Source: a virus (Duplodnaviria; Caudoviricetes). From it: a stretch of DNA of 64,000 nucleotides. Every line of letters starts with the position of its first letter. The stretch's first letter is position 1. The notes under the pieces were generated by a model. That model had not been told where the DNA came from, did no database searches, and was given only the letters and a program-made list of their open reading frames with translations. The position numbers and the translations under genes were made by a program. Below, piece after piece: positions 19,256 to 27,929 of this stretch. Where the stretch lies: IMG/VR virus record IMGVR_UViG_3300025030_000042, one strand, 5' to 3'.

Positions 19256-19993
19256 ATGCGAATCTTAAAAACTCCATTTACATTTGATATCAAAAAACAT
19301 TTTTCTGAGGAACAACAAAAAGTATTTAACATTTTAACTTCCGTTCCTGGATGTTATATTGCTGGCGGAGCTGCTTTGGCAATGTATGATAATAATCCAG
19401 TGATATTGAAAGATTTTGATGTTTATTGTAATACGAAAACCATTCGTAGAATCGTTTATAATAAAATGTATGATGTATTTGGTTCGCCGTTAAACTATCC
19501 AACTTATCCGGGAAATGGAAGTTATCTTTATAATTATTTAACTTTTTCTACACTTACACAACTTATGTTAAATAAAAGTAAAAGTTTGAAAAGCCTGTTT
19601 CGTTCATTTGATTTTACAGTTTGTTGTTTTGCTACAGATGGTAAATATTACTACTTTACTCCGCAAGCAAAACGCGATCTCATCAAAAGAGAAATCGTTT
19701 GTAATGAAATTACCAGTAATGAATTAAAAACAATATCTCGCTTAAAGCGTTATAAATCAAAAGGATTTCGTTTAAATAATGAAAAGTTCTGGAATACTTT
19801 TAACAAAAAGAAAAGAACTTTTTCTTCTGGAGATATGATTAAATCTCTATCTTTATATCACGACAAACAAAGAATATTGGTTTTAGATAAAGACAAAAAA
19901 GTTTATAAATGTTTTAATATTTATAACAAAAAGATTTATTTTGTTATATCCGATGTTCTTGAATCAAACTACAAAATCGTTAAGACAAAATGA
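19256..19993 (+). CDS. tRNA nucleotidyltransferase/poly(A) polymerase head-domain-like protein
   Basis: YIAGGA..DFDVY, FDFTVC, RLKRYKSKGF. Confidence 0.7.
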   Translation: MRILKTPFTFDIKKHFSEEQQKVFNILTSVPGCYIAGGAALAMYDNNPVILKDFDVYCNTKTIRRIVYNKMYDVFGSPLNYPTYPGNGSYLYNYLTFSTLTQLMLNKSKSLKSLFRSFDFTVCCFATDGKYYYFTPQAKRDLIKREIVCNEITSNELKTISRLKRYKSKGFRLNNEKFWNTFNKKKRTFSSGDMIKSLSLYHDKQRILVLDKDKKVYKCFNIYNKKIYFVISDVLESNYKIVKTK

Positions 19994-20181
19994 AATACAA
20001 AATCGGCGATTTAATAGAAAATATTATTTGGGGAAGTATCGGATTTATTTATGATATAGAAAATAATAGATATTATCGTATGATTTGGTTTTATGATATT
20101 GATAATAAAAAAGGATATCATTGTGAAAGTTGTTCAATATCTTTAATAGATACCGATAGAACAGTATTATTGGAGAAATAA
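19990..20181 (+). CDS. K(V/I)GDL-family small protein
   Basis: YKIGDLI..IGFI..YRMIW. Confidence 0.65.
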   Translation: MKYKIGDLIENIIWGSIGFIYDIENNRYYRMIWFYDIDNKKGYHCESCSISLIDTDRTVLLEK

Positions 20182-20186
20182 ATAAA

Positions 20187-20591
20187 ATGTCATATTGTAG
20201 ATTTAGCGAAGGCGATGTATATATGTTTTATCATTGCGGAGGGTTTATTGAATGCTGTTCTTGTTCTCTTGCTCCGCTCGTAAACACCATATGGACAAAA
20301 GGACACAAAAAAGGTTCGTTGTTTGAAGAATGTGATCAATGTCAAGGTTCTGGATGTGAACACTGTTGGTGTAAACACTGTCAAGGTCAAGGGTGTAAAT
20401 CCTGTATGATGCACGGAAGTTTATCGTTTGAAACATTTGAAGAGGCGATTGAACACCTAAAAGAACATCAAAAAAATGGTGACGATTTTCCTTCAGATGT
20501 ATTTGATATGTTGGAAGAAGACATTAGGACCGAAGGTAGACCGAAAAAAGTAGTTTGTAATGACGACGAAGTTGATGAAGAAAATGAATAA
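20187..20591 (+). CDS. Cys-rich zinc-binding protein
   Basis: CxxCxGxG repeats (DnaJ-like). Confidence 0.65.
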   Translation: MSYCRFSEGDVYMFYHCGGFIECCSCSLAPLVNTIWTKGHKKGSLFEECDQCQGSGCEHCWCKHCQGQGCKSCMMHGSLSFETFEEAIEHLKEHQKNGDDFPSDVFDMLEEDIRTEGRPKKVVCNDDEVDEENE

Positions 20592-20874
20592 AGAAGATAA
20601 CGACCGATATCAAAATCAACCTTGGTATATCAAGTTATGGAGACGAAGATATTATCTTTTGATTCCATATTTTACTATTGTTTGTTATCTATATAATATT
20701 TTCATGGTGTCTAAAAACGAAGAACGATTATCTCTTAATAAATGCTGGAAAATCAATATTGGGTTAGCACAAATGAAAATGAAATGGTATTATGATTGGA
20801 ATGAAATGAAAGAGAAATTAGATAAAATAGATAAAATAAAAGATGGACAAAATAGGTTAAATAAAAATGTATAA
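20584..20874 (+). CDS. membrane-associated hypothetical protein
   Basis: start re-picked; one hydrophobic segment. Confidence 0.6.
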   Translation: MNKEDNDRYQNQPWYIKLWRRRYYLLIPYFTIVCYLYNIFMVSKNEERLSLNKCWKINIGLAQMKMKWYYDWNEMKEKLDKIDKIKDGQNRLNKNV

Positions 20875-22147
20875 TGCTATTATTGGAAAAATCAAGATCT
20901 ATCCTCACCCTAACGCAGATAGACTAAAAATGGGCGTTATTTGTAATACAACGGTTGTTGTTGGGTTAAATATTCAAGAAAATGATTTAATGATGTTATT
21001 TCCCAGTGATGGACAACTCTCTGAAACTTTTGCCATCTCCAACAATTTAATCAGTTATTCCGATCCGCAAACTGGTGAAAAAAAAGGTGGTTATTTCGCA
21101 AAAAATCGTCGCGTCCGCGCTCAAAAGCTACGAGGCGTTAGTAGTGATGGATTCGCCTGTGAACTTTCACTTTTAAAAAATGCTGGAGTATCTCAAAAAA
21201 CTATTGATTCTTTAAAAAAAGGGGATCAATTTAACGAGTTGGATGATATTTCTATATGTAATAAATATATTACGCCCGCAACAAAACAAGCGTTGGCCCA
21301 TAAGGCAAATCAAGTTAAAAAAACCAATAAAAGATTTCCGGAACACTATGAGACAAAACAGTTACGTTATGAAATCGATAAGATACCTAACTATTCAATA
21401 TTATACATAAATCTCAAAGTCCACGGAACTTCTGCCAGATATAGTTTTGTTCATGAAGAAATCGCCGTTAAACCTCCTTGGTTTAAACGCATCTTTGGCG
21501 CCAAACCAAAAACAAAACTTGAATATCGTCATCAAGTTGGCACTCGTCGAGTCATTCTTGATAACGAAAATGTTATGGATTTTCACGGAAATGTTCAATA
21601 TCGTTACGATTTTATGAAAGATATTTTTCATCTTCTAAAAAAAGGCGAACTTATCTATGGTGAAATCGCTGGATATCAATCTGAAAATGTTTCTATTATG
21701 CCATCGGTTTCAACTTCAACAATAAAAGATAAATCGTTTTCAAAAAAGTATGGTCCTACTATAACCTACAAATACGGCTGTCCTAACGGAACTCATAAGT
21801 TCTTTGTTTATAGAATAGCAATGATAAATGAAGATGGTTACATTATAGATTTACCTTGGTTACAAACAAAGAAAAGAGCAATGGAGTTAGGACTTCAGTG
21901 TGTTCCAGAGTTTGAAGGTCCATTTGTTTACGACGGCAACAAAGAAGAACTTTTAAATAAAGTATTACAATATGTAGACGGTCCGGATCCATTAGATGAA
22001 ACTCATATTAGAGAGGGTGTTGTGGTTCGCATTGAAAATGAAAACGGTGTATCGTTCTTAAAAGAAAAATCTTTTAACTTTAAAGTTTTGGAAGGAATTG
22101 CGAAAGATAATGCCGATTATATTGATTTAGAGGAACAGGAAGGGTAA
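20867..22147 (+). CDS. Rnl2-family RNA ligase with N-terminal tRNA-binding OB-like domain
   Basis: HPNADRL; KVHGTS motif I; IYGEI; EGVVVR; LKEKSFNF. Confidence 0.85.
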   Translation: MYNAIIGKIKIYPHPNADRLKMGVICNTTVVVGLNIQENDLMMLFPSDGQLSETFAISNNLISYSDPQTGEKKGGYFAKNRRVRAQKLRGVSSDGFACELSLLKNAGVSQKTIDSLKKGDQFNELDDISICNKYITPATKQALAHKANQVKKTNKRFPEHYETKQLRYEIDKIPNYSILYINLKVHGTSARYSFVHEEIAVKPPWFKRIFGAKPKTKLEYRHQVGTRRVILDNENVMDFHGNVQYRYDFMKDIFHLLKKGELIYGEIAGYQSENVSIMPSVSTSTIKDKSFSKKYGPTITYKYGCPNGTHKFFVYRIAMINEDGYIIDLPWLQTKKRAMELGLQCVPEFEGPFVYDGNKEELLNKVLQYVDGPDPLDETHIREGVVVRIENENGVSFLKEKSFNFKVLEGIAKDNADYIDLEEQEG

Positions 22148-22157
22148 ATTTTGCACA

Positions 22158-22439
22158 ATGAAAAATGAATCTTATTTAGAGAAGATTGATAAGATTGATT
22201 TTACAATTTTAAAGGTTGGAGATTTACTATTTGATTATTATGATTGCGTAGCGGATGGTCGTTGGTTATTTGTTGTAAATAAAACCGATACACATATAAC
22301 TTTTTTGTTTAACTTCAAACAAATATTTAAACCTTTTTTATTAAAATATTGGGATAATAAAGCAAATAAAAAAATAAACAATGGATATAGTAACAAATAT
22401 CGCAAATATTTTATCGTTACCAAATCGGTAACGAAATAA
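22158..22439 (+). CDS. K(V/I)GDL-family protein
   Basis: LKVGDLL. Confidence 0.6.
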   Translation: MKNESYLEKIDKIDFTILKVGDLLFDYYDCVADGRWLFVVNKTDTHITFLFNFKQIFKPFLLKYWDNKANKKINNGYSNKYRKYFIVTKSVTK

Positions 22440-22444
22440 CTTTT

Positions 22445-22678
22445 ATGAAACCGAAAAGAGGTTCTGATATATCGATACACTACATCGATCTTAAAATAGG
22501 AGATCTAATTTTATTCAAAAATGAACCAGAATATGTAGTATTAAAGAAAAACGAAAAAACAATAATAATGTTTGATATCAAAAGAACAAAAATATTTGAA
22601 TATAATTTATGCTATAAAAATGTTTTGGGCGCGTTACTTTATTGTGGATTATCAAAAAGATATATGAAAATATTATAA
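22445..22678 (+). CDS. K(V/I)GDL-family protein
   Basis: LKIGDLI. Confidence 0.6.
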   Translation: MKPKRGSDISIHYIDLKIGDLILFKNEPEYVVLKKNEKTIIMFDIKRTKIFEYNLCYKNVLGALLYCGLSKRYMKIL

Positions 22679-22915
22679 TATGTCTTCAATAGAAAATAAA
22701 ATATATATTAAAGATTTGAATGTTGGCGATTTGATATTGGATCCGATCGATGGAGCGATATTTGTGTTTGAAAAAAACGAAAGAAAAACTTTCGGTATAT
22801 TCTATAGAACAAAAACAATTTTTTTAAATATTATTTGAAAGTAGTTTATTATACCCGGGTAAAGTGTTATTCGGCCCTCACAACAACACAGAGAACTCAT
22901 AATCTAGGATATATA

Positions 22916-23083
22916 ATGAAACTTTTTGACAGAGATCTTTTTCAAACGAAGCAAACGATGAACCGTCTTGAGCGGATTGTTTTACTTATTTTTATTATGT
23001 CGATGACAAGCATTATTGGTGTTGGGGTATGGTTCGTGTGGAATCATTATTATTCCCCGATAATATTATGTTCGGCATTATAA
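22916..23083 (+). CDS. 55 aa membrane protein
   Basis: AGGA RBS, one TM helix; start re-picked. Confidence 0.55.
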   Translation: MKLFDRDLFQTKQTMNRLERIVLLIFIMSMTSIIGVGVWFVWNHYYSPIILCSAL

Positions 23084-23118
23084 TAAAATCATTTACTTCT
23101 TTTGTGTCCGACAACCTC

Positions 23119-23278
23119 ATTTTATGTGTCTGACAGTTGGCCATGGCAGCCAGTATATCACACGCGCCTTTTTGGCGCCGGCGTCCTTCGGCGTCTCCAC
23201 GGGCTGCACAGACGCCTTCCGGACGACGCTGGAGAACATTCATCAAGTCAGCTCTCCATCGCCGTCATACAATAAAAT
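23119..23278 (+). ncRNA. candidate structured ncRNA (multi-branch)
   Basis: GC-rich island in AT-rich DNA; closing stem plus four hairpins; G-U pairs favour plus strand. Confidence 0.5.
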
Positions 23279-23361
23279 ATCTCTCTCGATAACGCCAATA
23301 TCGATCAATAACATTGCGAATGTTATTGAAAAGAAAAAGCGTTATTATTATTAAAAAGATC

Positions 23362-23390
23362 TTGACAAACACTCAACAATATTATATACT
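23362..23390 (+). promoter_or_regulatory. sigma70-type promoter
   Basis: TTGACA-17-TATACT; 11-bp inverted repeat at 23305-23329 upstream. Confidence 0.8.
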
Positions 23391-23396
23391 TGTGTT

Positions 23397-23642
23397 ATGA
23401 ATGAATGCGAATATATCGAACGTATTATGTCGATGGTAAAAGTTGGCGACCTTGCAAGACACAAGCGTTGTTCAAATATCGTAATGGTTTATAAAATAAA
23501 AATGTTTAAACATTGGTGTGAATGTTTCGTTATTCCAAAAATGGTCAACACCGACGCGCCTCTTTATAAATATTCATCCTTTGTTGACGACTTTCATCGA
23601 ATACCTCATTATAAAACCATTTCAAAAGGCAATCAAAAATGA
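23397..23642 (+). CDS. K(V/I)GDL-family protein
   Basis: KVGDLA. Confidence 0.6.
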   Translation: MNECEYIERIMSMVKVGDLARHKRCSNIVMVYKIKMFKHWCECFVIPKMVNTDAPLYKYSSFVDDFHRIPHYKTISKGNQK

Positions 23643-23866
23643 ACATCGGCGATCTTCTGAAAATAAAAGAAGAAGACTATACTGTCGCCAAAACAACATA
23701 TTCGGTTATATATGCGAAAGATGGAAACCTTTTTTGGATATATCCACCGGTATATGATCGATATAATCAAGTATGGCGTGGTTTTTCTATTAAACGTATG
23801 GATCCAAAATATCGCGATCACTTTTGGTGGTCCATTCGAAAAGTTGCCGGACACAAAGAAAAATAA
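23639..23866 (+). CDS. K(V/I)GDL-family-like protein
   Basis: MNIGDLL; ATGA overlap. Confidence 0.6.
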   Translation: MNIGDLLKIKEEDYTVAKTTYSVIYAKDGNLFWIYPPVYDRYNQVWRGFSIKRMDPKYRDHFWWSIRKVAGHKEK

Positions 23867-23867
23867 A

Positions 23868-24122
23868 ATGAATCATTCAATATATAAATTAAAACTTCAT
23901 CATGATGATATTAATGTCGGCGATCTTGTTATTAGTTATGATGAAAATGAAAAAAATATTCGCATCATCATAAAAAAGAATAAAAAACAATTAAAATATT
24001 ATAGAATGCGCTCGACAAGTTTATTTTCCAAAGTTTATATGGAAACGATTCCTTTCGCACGCATCGGCCCAAACGATGTGTTTTATCGTGTATATCATAT
24101 ACCAGCGGGCAACATAAAATAA
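23868..24122 (+). CDS. K(V/I)GDL-family protein
   Basis: NVGDLV; start re-picked. Confidence 0.6.
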   Translation: MNHSIYKLKLHHDDINVGDLVISYDENEKNIRIIIKKNKKQLKYYRMRSTSLFSKVYMETIPFARIGPNDVFYRVYHIPAGNIK

Positions 24123-24123
24123 A

Positions 24124-24324
24124 ATGATTTCAAAACCAACAAAGCCAAAAGCCGGCGATCTCATAAAACATATATCTTGTTCCAATCATGTTATGGTTCA
24201 TGAGATAGATGAAAAAGGTTTTGTTTATGTATTTCCAGATTTAAAGTCAACTTTTTGGACAAATCATTCGTTCAATTCATTTTATGATTATCGTAATTGT
24301 AAAATAGTAGTTCGGACAACATAA
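24124..24324 (+). CDS. K(V/I)GDL-family protein
   Basis: KAGDLI. Confidence 0.6.
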   Translation: MISKPTKPKAGDLIKHISCSNHVMVHEIDEKGFVYVFPDLKSTFWTNHSFNSFYDYRNCKIVVRTT

Positions 24325-24341
24325 AAATAAAGGAGATATAA

Positions 24342-24803
24342 ATGAACAGCCCGTTTAAACCAACTACAAAGGAATATATTACAGACGATAGGTTATTTAA
24401 AATTAATGAAGATTATATAACAGACGACGAAGAGAGCCCAGACTACTATGGACCTAAAACATTACCCATCGGAAGAGTATCTCTAAAAGAAATTATGGAT
24501 GCTTATAAAGATATAGATCCAGGTTGTGTTTATATTGAGGCGGGTTATGACGAGGGTTGGAATAAAGGAGAAAAACTTTACATTAAAATCCCAAAAACAG
24601 ATGAGATGTTTGCTGAACGGATGAAGAAATACGAAATAGAAATGGTTAAATATAACGAATGGTTGACACAACAAGAATATTGGAAAACTCCGGAAGGCAA
24701 AACAGAAAAACAAAGAATCAAAGAAGAGAAAAAGAAACAAAAACTTCTCAAAGAAATGGAAAAAATTCAAATAAAGTTAAATATATTGAAGGATGCGGAA
24801 TGA
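24342..24803 (+). CDS. hypothetical protein
   Basis: AAGGAG RBS; last plus-strand gene before convergence. Confidence 0.75.
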   Translation: MNSPFKPTTKEYITDDRLFKINEDYITDDEESPDYYGPKTLPIGRVSLKEIMDAYKDIDPGCVYIEAGYDEGWNKGEKLYIKIPKTDEMFAERMKKYEIEMVKYNEWLTQQEYWKTPEGKTEKQRIKEEKKKQKLLKEMEKIQIKLNILKDAE

Positions 24804-24886
24804 TAACAAATCGATCGCGGTTATCATAAAGAAAAAGAATGTTATCGATGCGTGGACACAACCGATACAACAATCGATAAGTGCGG

Positions 24887-25030
24887 TAAGTGGTCGATTG
24901 GGTAATGGGAGATATAAGAGAAATAAAGATAATAATGAAAAGAGAGAAACGAGCAGTAAATGAGAAGGAAGGAACGGTAAGGTCGTGTGTGGACGATAAG
25001 TGGACGATTGGATAATGGAAAGATAAGAGA
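24887..25030. repeat. imperfect purine-rich direct repeat pair (~34 bp, period 110)
   Basis: TAAGTGGTCGATTGGGTAATGGGAGATATAAGAGA vs TAAGTGGACGATTGGATAATGGAAAGATAAGAGA. Confidence 0.6.
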
Positions 25031-25148
25031 TAATGAAGATCGGGTGTGGACGGACGTTCGCGAACCAAACGGTTGTATTTCCGAAATAAAATAAATAAAA
25101 CCTTAAATCTGGAAAAATGGTCCGGGCGTTACGAATGGATATGCGCAC

Positions 25149-25316
25149 CCACTAGTGGCTACCCGAGTAGCCGGCTAATATACTATCCGGCTTCTGGACT
25201 TGCCGGCAATTCGACAAGCCACGGAAGTTGCGAAAGCCTGGCGACTCCGTTAGCCACGGCAAACCCGATAGCCGCCTGGCTACCAGACTTGCCGTGGCTG
25301 CAGTGTTAGCCGGCTA
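25149..25316. repeat. dense palindrome/inverted-repeat cluster
   Basis: CCACTAGTGG, TAGCCGGCTA x2, TTGCCGGCAA, AGCCACGGCAA/TTGCCGTGGCT; 8 TAGCC/GGCTA pentamers. Confidence 0.7.
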
Positions 25317-25821
25317 CCATCGCCTTGCGCAGCTTGCCAAGTGCCCGATGCTTTGCATTGCCTACGTCAATCTGCGAGATTCCCAGCATATCCGCGATAT
25401 CCTTGTTACGCTCGCCATTCAAGATCCACGTGAGCAAGCATTGCTCGTACTCGCTGAGAGACTGCATCGCCCTGCGGAGCCTATCAGAGTCCACTGCCGA
25501 TGCTAGTGCCTCTTCTGGCGTATTGGACTCGTCTGCTACTGCTGCCGCTTGATCGTCGCCTGCCACGGTCCTACGATGGCTGGCGCCCCGCAGATGGTCC
25601 ATGGTCGTCTGATATGCGACCATACCGCACCATGTTCCGAGCGATGCGCCACGGCTCGGATCGTACTTGTCAAGGGTTCCCTCGGCGAGTCTGAGGTATG
25701 TTGCTTGCACGCAATCATCACGATCCTGCAGGCGATTGAACTTGGCAAGCTGCTTGCTTACCAGGCCACAGATCAAGCCGTGGTATTTGCTGGCGACGGT
25801 CTGGAGGTTGGCAGTTTCCAT
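25306..25821 (-). CDS. ECF-type sigma70-family RNA polymerase sigma factor
   Basis: Region 2 DDCVQATYLRL..YDPSRGASLGTW; region 4 LSEYEQ..NKDIADMLGIS..AKHRALGKLRK. Confidence 0.9.
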   Translation of the reverse strand: METANLQTVASKYHGLICGLVSKQLAKFNRLQDRDDCVQATYLRLAEGTLDKYDPSRGASLGTWCGMVAYQTTMDHLRGASHRRTVAGDDQAAAVADESNTPEEALASAVDSDRLRRAMQSLSEYEQCLLTWILNGERNKDIADMLGISQIDVGNAKHRALGKLRKAMVAG

Positions 25822-25856
25822 TGTCGATCCCTTTCGTTTCGTTAGCGTCTGTAGCT

Positions 25857-25885
25857 ACTATGAACGATAGAGAATCGGTTGTCAA
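25857..25885 (-). promoter_or_regulatory. host-type sigma70 promoter of sigma gene
   Basis: TTGACA-17-CATAGT. Confidence 0.6.
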
Positions 25886-25950
25886 GCGTCAAAAGAAAAG
25901 TTTTTTCTCTATAGGCGCCCCGCAGAGACGTTTTCTGGAGTCGGGTGTTC

Positions 25951-26244
25951 TTATCGGGACCCTCGAAAAAAACGGTTATTCGCTCGAAGCCTACCGTGCT
26001 GAGACCGCTCGTAATGCTCGAGTGCCTGCGCAAGCTCCGAGCCTACGCGCCGCTCGTAAACGTCCCTGGCGAGCCATAGGAACGCCTGGCGTACCTCGGG
26101 AGTCAGCACGATCCCCGTTGCCCGATGGCGCCATACCTCGTGGCGAACATCCGATCGGGCGCGCCGGGCGGCCCACAAGCCGAGACAGACGGCGAGGAAT
26201 CCAACGGCGAGGGAAAGCGCAACAATCATTTCGATGGGATTCAT
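25951..26244 (-). CDS. membrane-anchored early protein
   Basis: N-terminal TM, AAAGGA RBS, own promoter. Confidence 0.7.
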   Translation of the reverse strand: MNPIEMIVALSLAVGFLAVCLGLWAARRARSDVRHEVWRHRATGIVLTPEVRQAFLWLARDVYERRVGSELAQALEHYERSQHGRLRANNRFFRGSR

Positions 26245-26276
26245 TGTTTATCGTCCTTTGTTGGTTCGTTCGCGAA

Positions 26277-26304
26277 GTTATACGATCGCCGCTGGGATTT
26301 ATTT
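26277..26304 (-). promoter_or_regulatory. phage promoter motif copy 1
   Basis: AAATA-N12-GATCGTATAAC. Confidence 0.8.
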
Positions 26305-26336
26305 GCTGCCGGGCACAAGAAAAAAGAACATTAACG

Positions 26337-26549
26337 CTATCCGTTCGATAGCGTTAATCGCTTCGAATCAAGTACATCGCATGCTCTGAGGAACCTATCC
26401 CGGTCGAATCGCGGGTTATCCACTTGGAATAGATCGGCTACATTGCCGATAATGCGCCAGATTGCCTTATCAGCGTCGGATCCTTCGTTTTCCAATATCA
26501 GCTCATGACGAAACATATCCGCAAACTTCTGATAGTCCTTTTTTGTCAT
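26337..26549 (-). CDS. early protein, DNPRFDRDRF family (paralog A)
   Basis: MTKKDYQKF..DNPRFDRDRFLRAC; start re-picked. Confidence 0.75.
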   Translation of the reverse strand: MTKKDYQKFADMFRHELILENEGSDADKAIWRIIGNVADLFQVDNPRFDRDRFLRACDVLDSKRLTLSNG

Positions 26550-26576
26550 CGGGAAGCCTTTCGTTGGGTTCGAAGG

Positions 26577-26604
26577 GTTATACGATCGTGCTAAAGGTTT
26601 ATTT
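26577..26604 (-). promoter_or_regulatory. phage promoter motif copy 2
   Basis: AAATA-N12-GATCGTATAAC. Confidence 0.8.
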
Positions 26605-26643
26605 GCTGCCGGACACAAGAAAAAAGAACACTTGATTAAGATC

Positions 26644-26978
26644 TCCTTAGAGCTAGATAGAAATTATTCTTTCTGGATAACCACCGAAAGAACCGGCTTT
26701 CAATGATATTCACTACTTACGAAAAGTCAAGTAGTTTAATGAAGAAACTCCCTAAGCGATGATAGAATGGTACCAACGAAAGGGCTAGCCGAAACAACCG
26801 ACTTTCAATGATATCAAGTGGTTATCCAGAAAGAACAATTTTGATTGACTTTTCCTTAGGGCTAGATAGAACGGTACCGAATGCATGCCGCCCGTAAACA
26901 AGCTGTTTTCAATGATATTCAATACTTACGAAAAGTCAAGTAGTTTAATGAAGATCTGCCCTAAGCGATGATAGAATG
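26644..26978. repeat. nested non-coding direct and inverted repeats
   Basis: 72-bp DR 26698-26769/26907-26978 (67/72); 24-bp IR 26661-26684/26818-26841 (1 mismatch); TTTCAATGATAT x3. Confidence 0.9.
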
Positions 26979-26981
26979 ATA

Positions 26982-27188
26982 TCACCGGCAGGGCACCCAC
27001 GTGGGCACGTCCTTCGAGCATGCTTTCAAAAATCGATCACGATCGAACCTCGCGCTGTCGGCCTGAAACAGATCAGCAGTTTTGCTAATAATGCGCCAGA
27101 CCACTGCGCGTTCATTGTCACCATCGGCGGCCACTAGTAACTCATGCTGAAACATATGGATAAACCGCTGGTAATCTTTCTTTGTCAT
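26982..27188 (-). CDS. early protein, paralog B of 26337..26549
   Basis: MTKKDYQRF..DSARFDRDRFLKAC. Confidence 0.75.
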   Translation of the reverse strand: MTKKDYQRFIHMFQHELLVAADGDNERAVVWRIISKTADLFQADSARFDRDRFLKACSKDVPTWVPCR

Positions 27189-27216
27189 TAGGGAACCTTT
27201 CGTTGGCGTTCGAAAA

Positions 27217-27244
27217 GTTATACGATCAAGGACGATCGATATTT
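27217..27244 (-). promoter_or_regulatory. phage promoter motif copy 3
   Basis: AAATA-N12-GATCGTATAAC. Confidence 0.8.
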
Positions 27245-27515
27245 CATTTTATTTTTTGTTCAATGATCTCGCGCGGTTGTCACTTTCTTTTTGATATGGT
27301 GAATTTTGGCGATCGGGGTACTATTTACTGTAAAATAGCGGTCCAATCGCCCCCTAACCGCTCCATTTACCCCATTTTCAATCAAAAATTCCCATCCTAC
27401 CCCAAACAGCGGGTGGCTACCAAGGGTAGTCAAAGGTTTATATATTTTTTCTATCGTAACTGCCTTGTCCGTTCTTACCCTGTTTGTTACGCCCCTTTCA
27501 TATTTTTTCTTTATG

Positions 27516-27899
27516 TTAACGCCGAACAATGATCGCGCCTTTCGCTTCCATTATCGTCAACCATACGTTAAGCCCAATCGAATCCGTACTTTTCAAAGAT
27601 GTTAAATCTCCATTCCATCTATGACCTTGCGTCGTTCCCTCATGTCCGATGCAACCTTCGAACAACGATCGCACATTATCATCCGGCAAAGCAAGATCGA
27701 GATTCGGATCTTCCCAGATATTCTTTACTGGATCGTTCGATTCGGTTAGCATCTTTTCCTTATCAACTAAAACCGGCGCTTGGCTTTCTTCGAGTCTCAA
27801 GGGTCCGCGTGAATACGTTCCAAATGACGATCGTCCTTTCTCATAATATCCAGCCAAGCCCTTGATCACAACGATCGGTTTATCATTCTTGGTTGGCAT
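27516..27899 (-). CDS. early hypothetical protein
   Basis: start re-picked after promoter copy 4, GAAGGA RBS. Confidence 0.7.
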   Translation of the reverse strand: MPTKNDKPIVVIKGLAGYYEKGRSSFGTYSRGPLRLEESQAPVLVDKEKMLTESNDPVKNIWEDPNLDLALPDDNVRSLFEGCIGHEGTTQGHRWNGDLTSLKSTDSIGLNVWLTIMEAKGAIIVRR

Positions 27900-27929
27900 T
27901 GAAAGATCCTTCTGTTGATTGCTTGTGGA

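Noticed and set aside
23013-23354. ORFs 23124..23354 (+) and 23013..23246 (-)
   Set aside because: No RBS, atypical composition; the region is better explained by RNA structure
26644-26978. Mini-CRISPR array
   Set aside because: Only two long units with nested inverted repeats, no regular repeat-spacer pattern, no cas genes in the window
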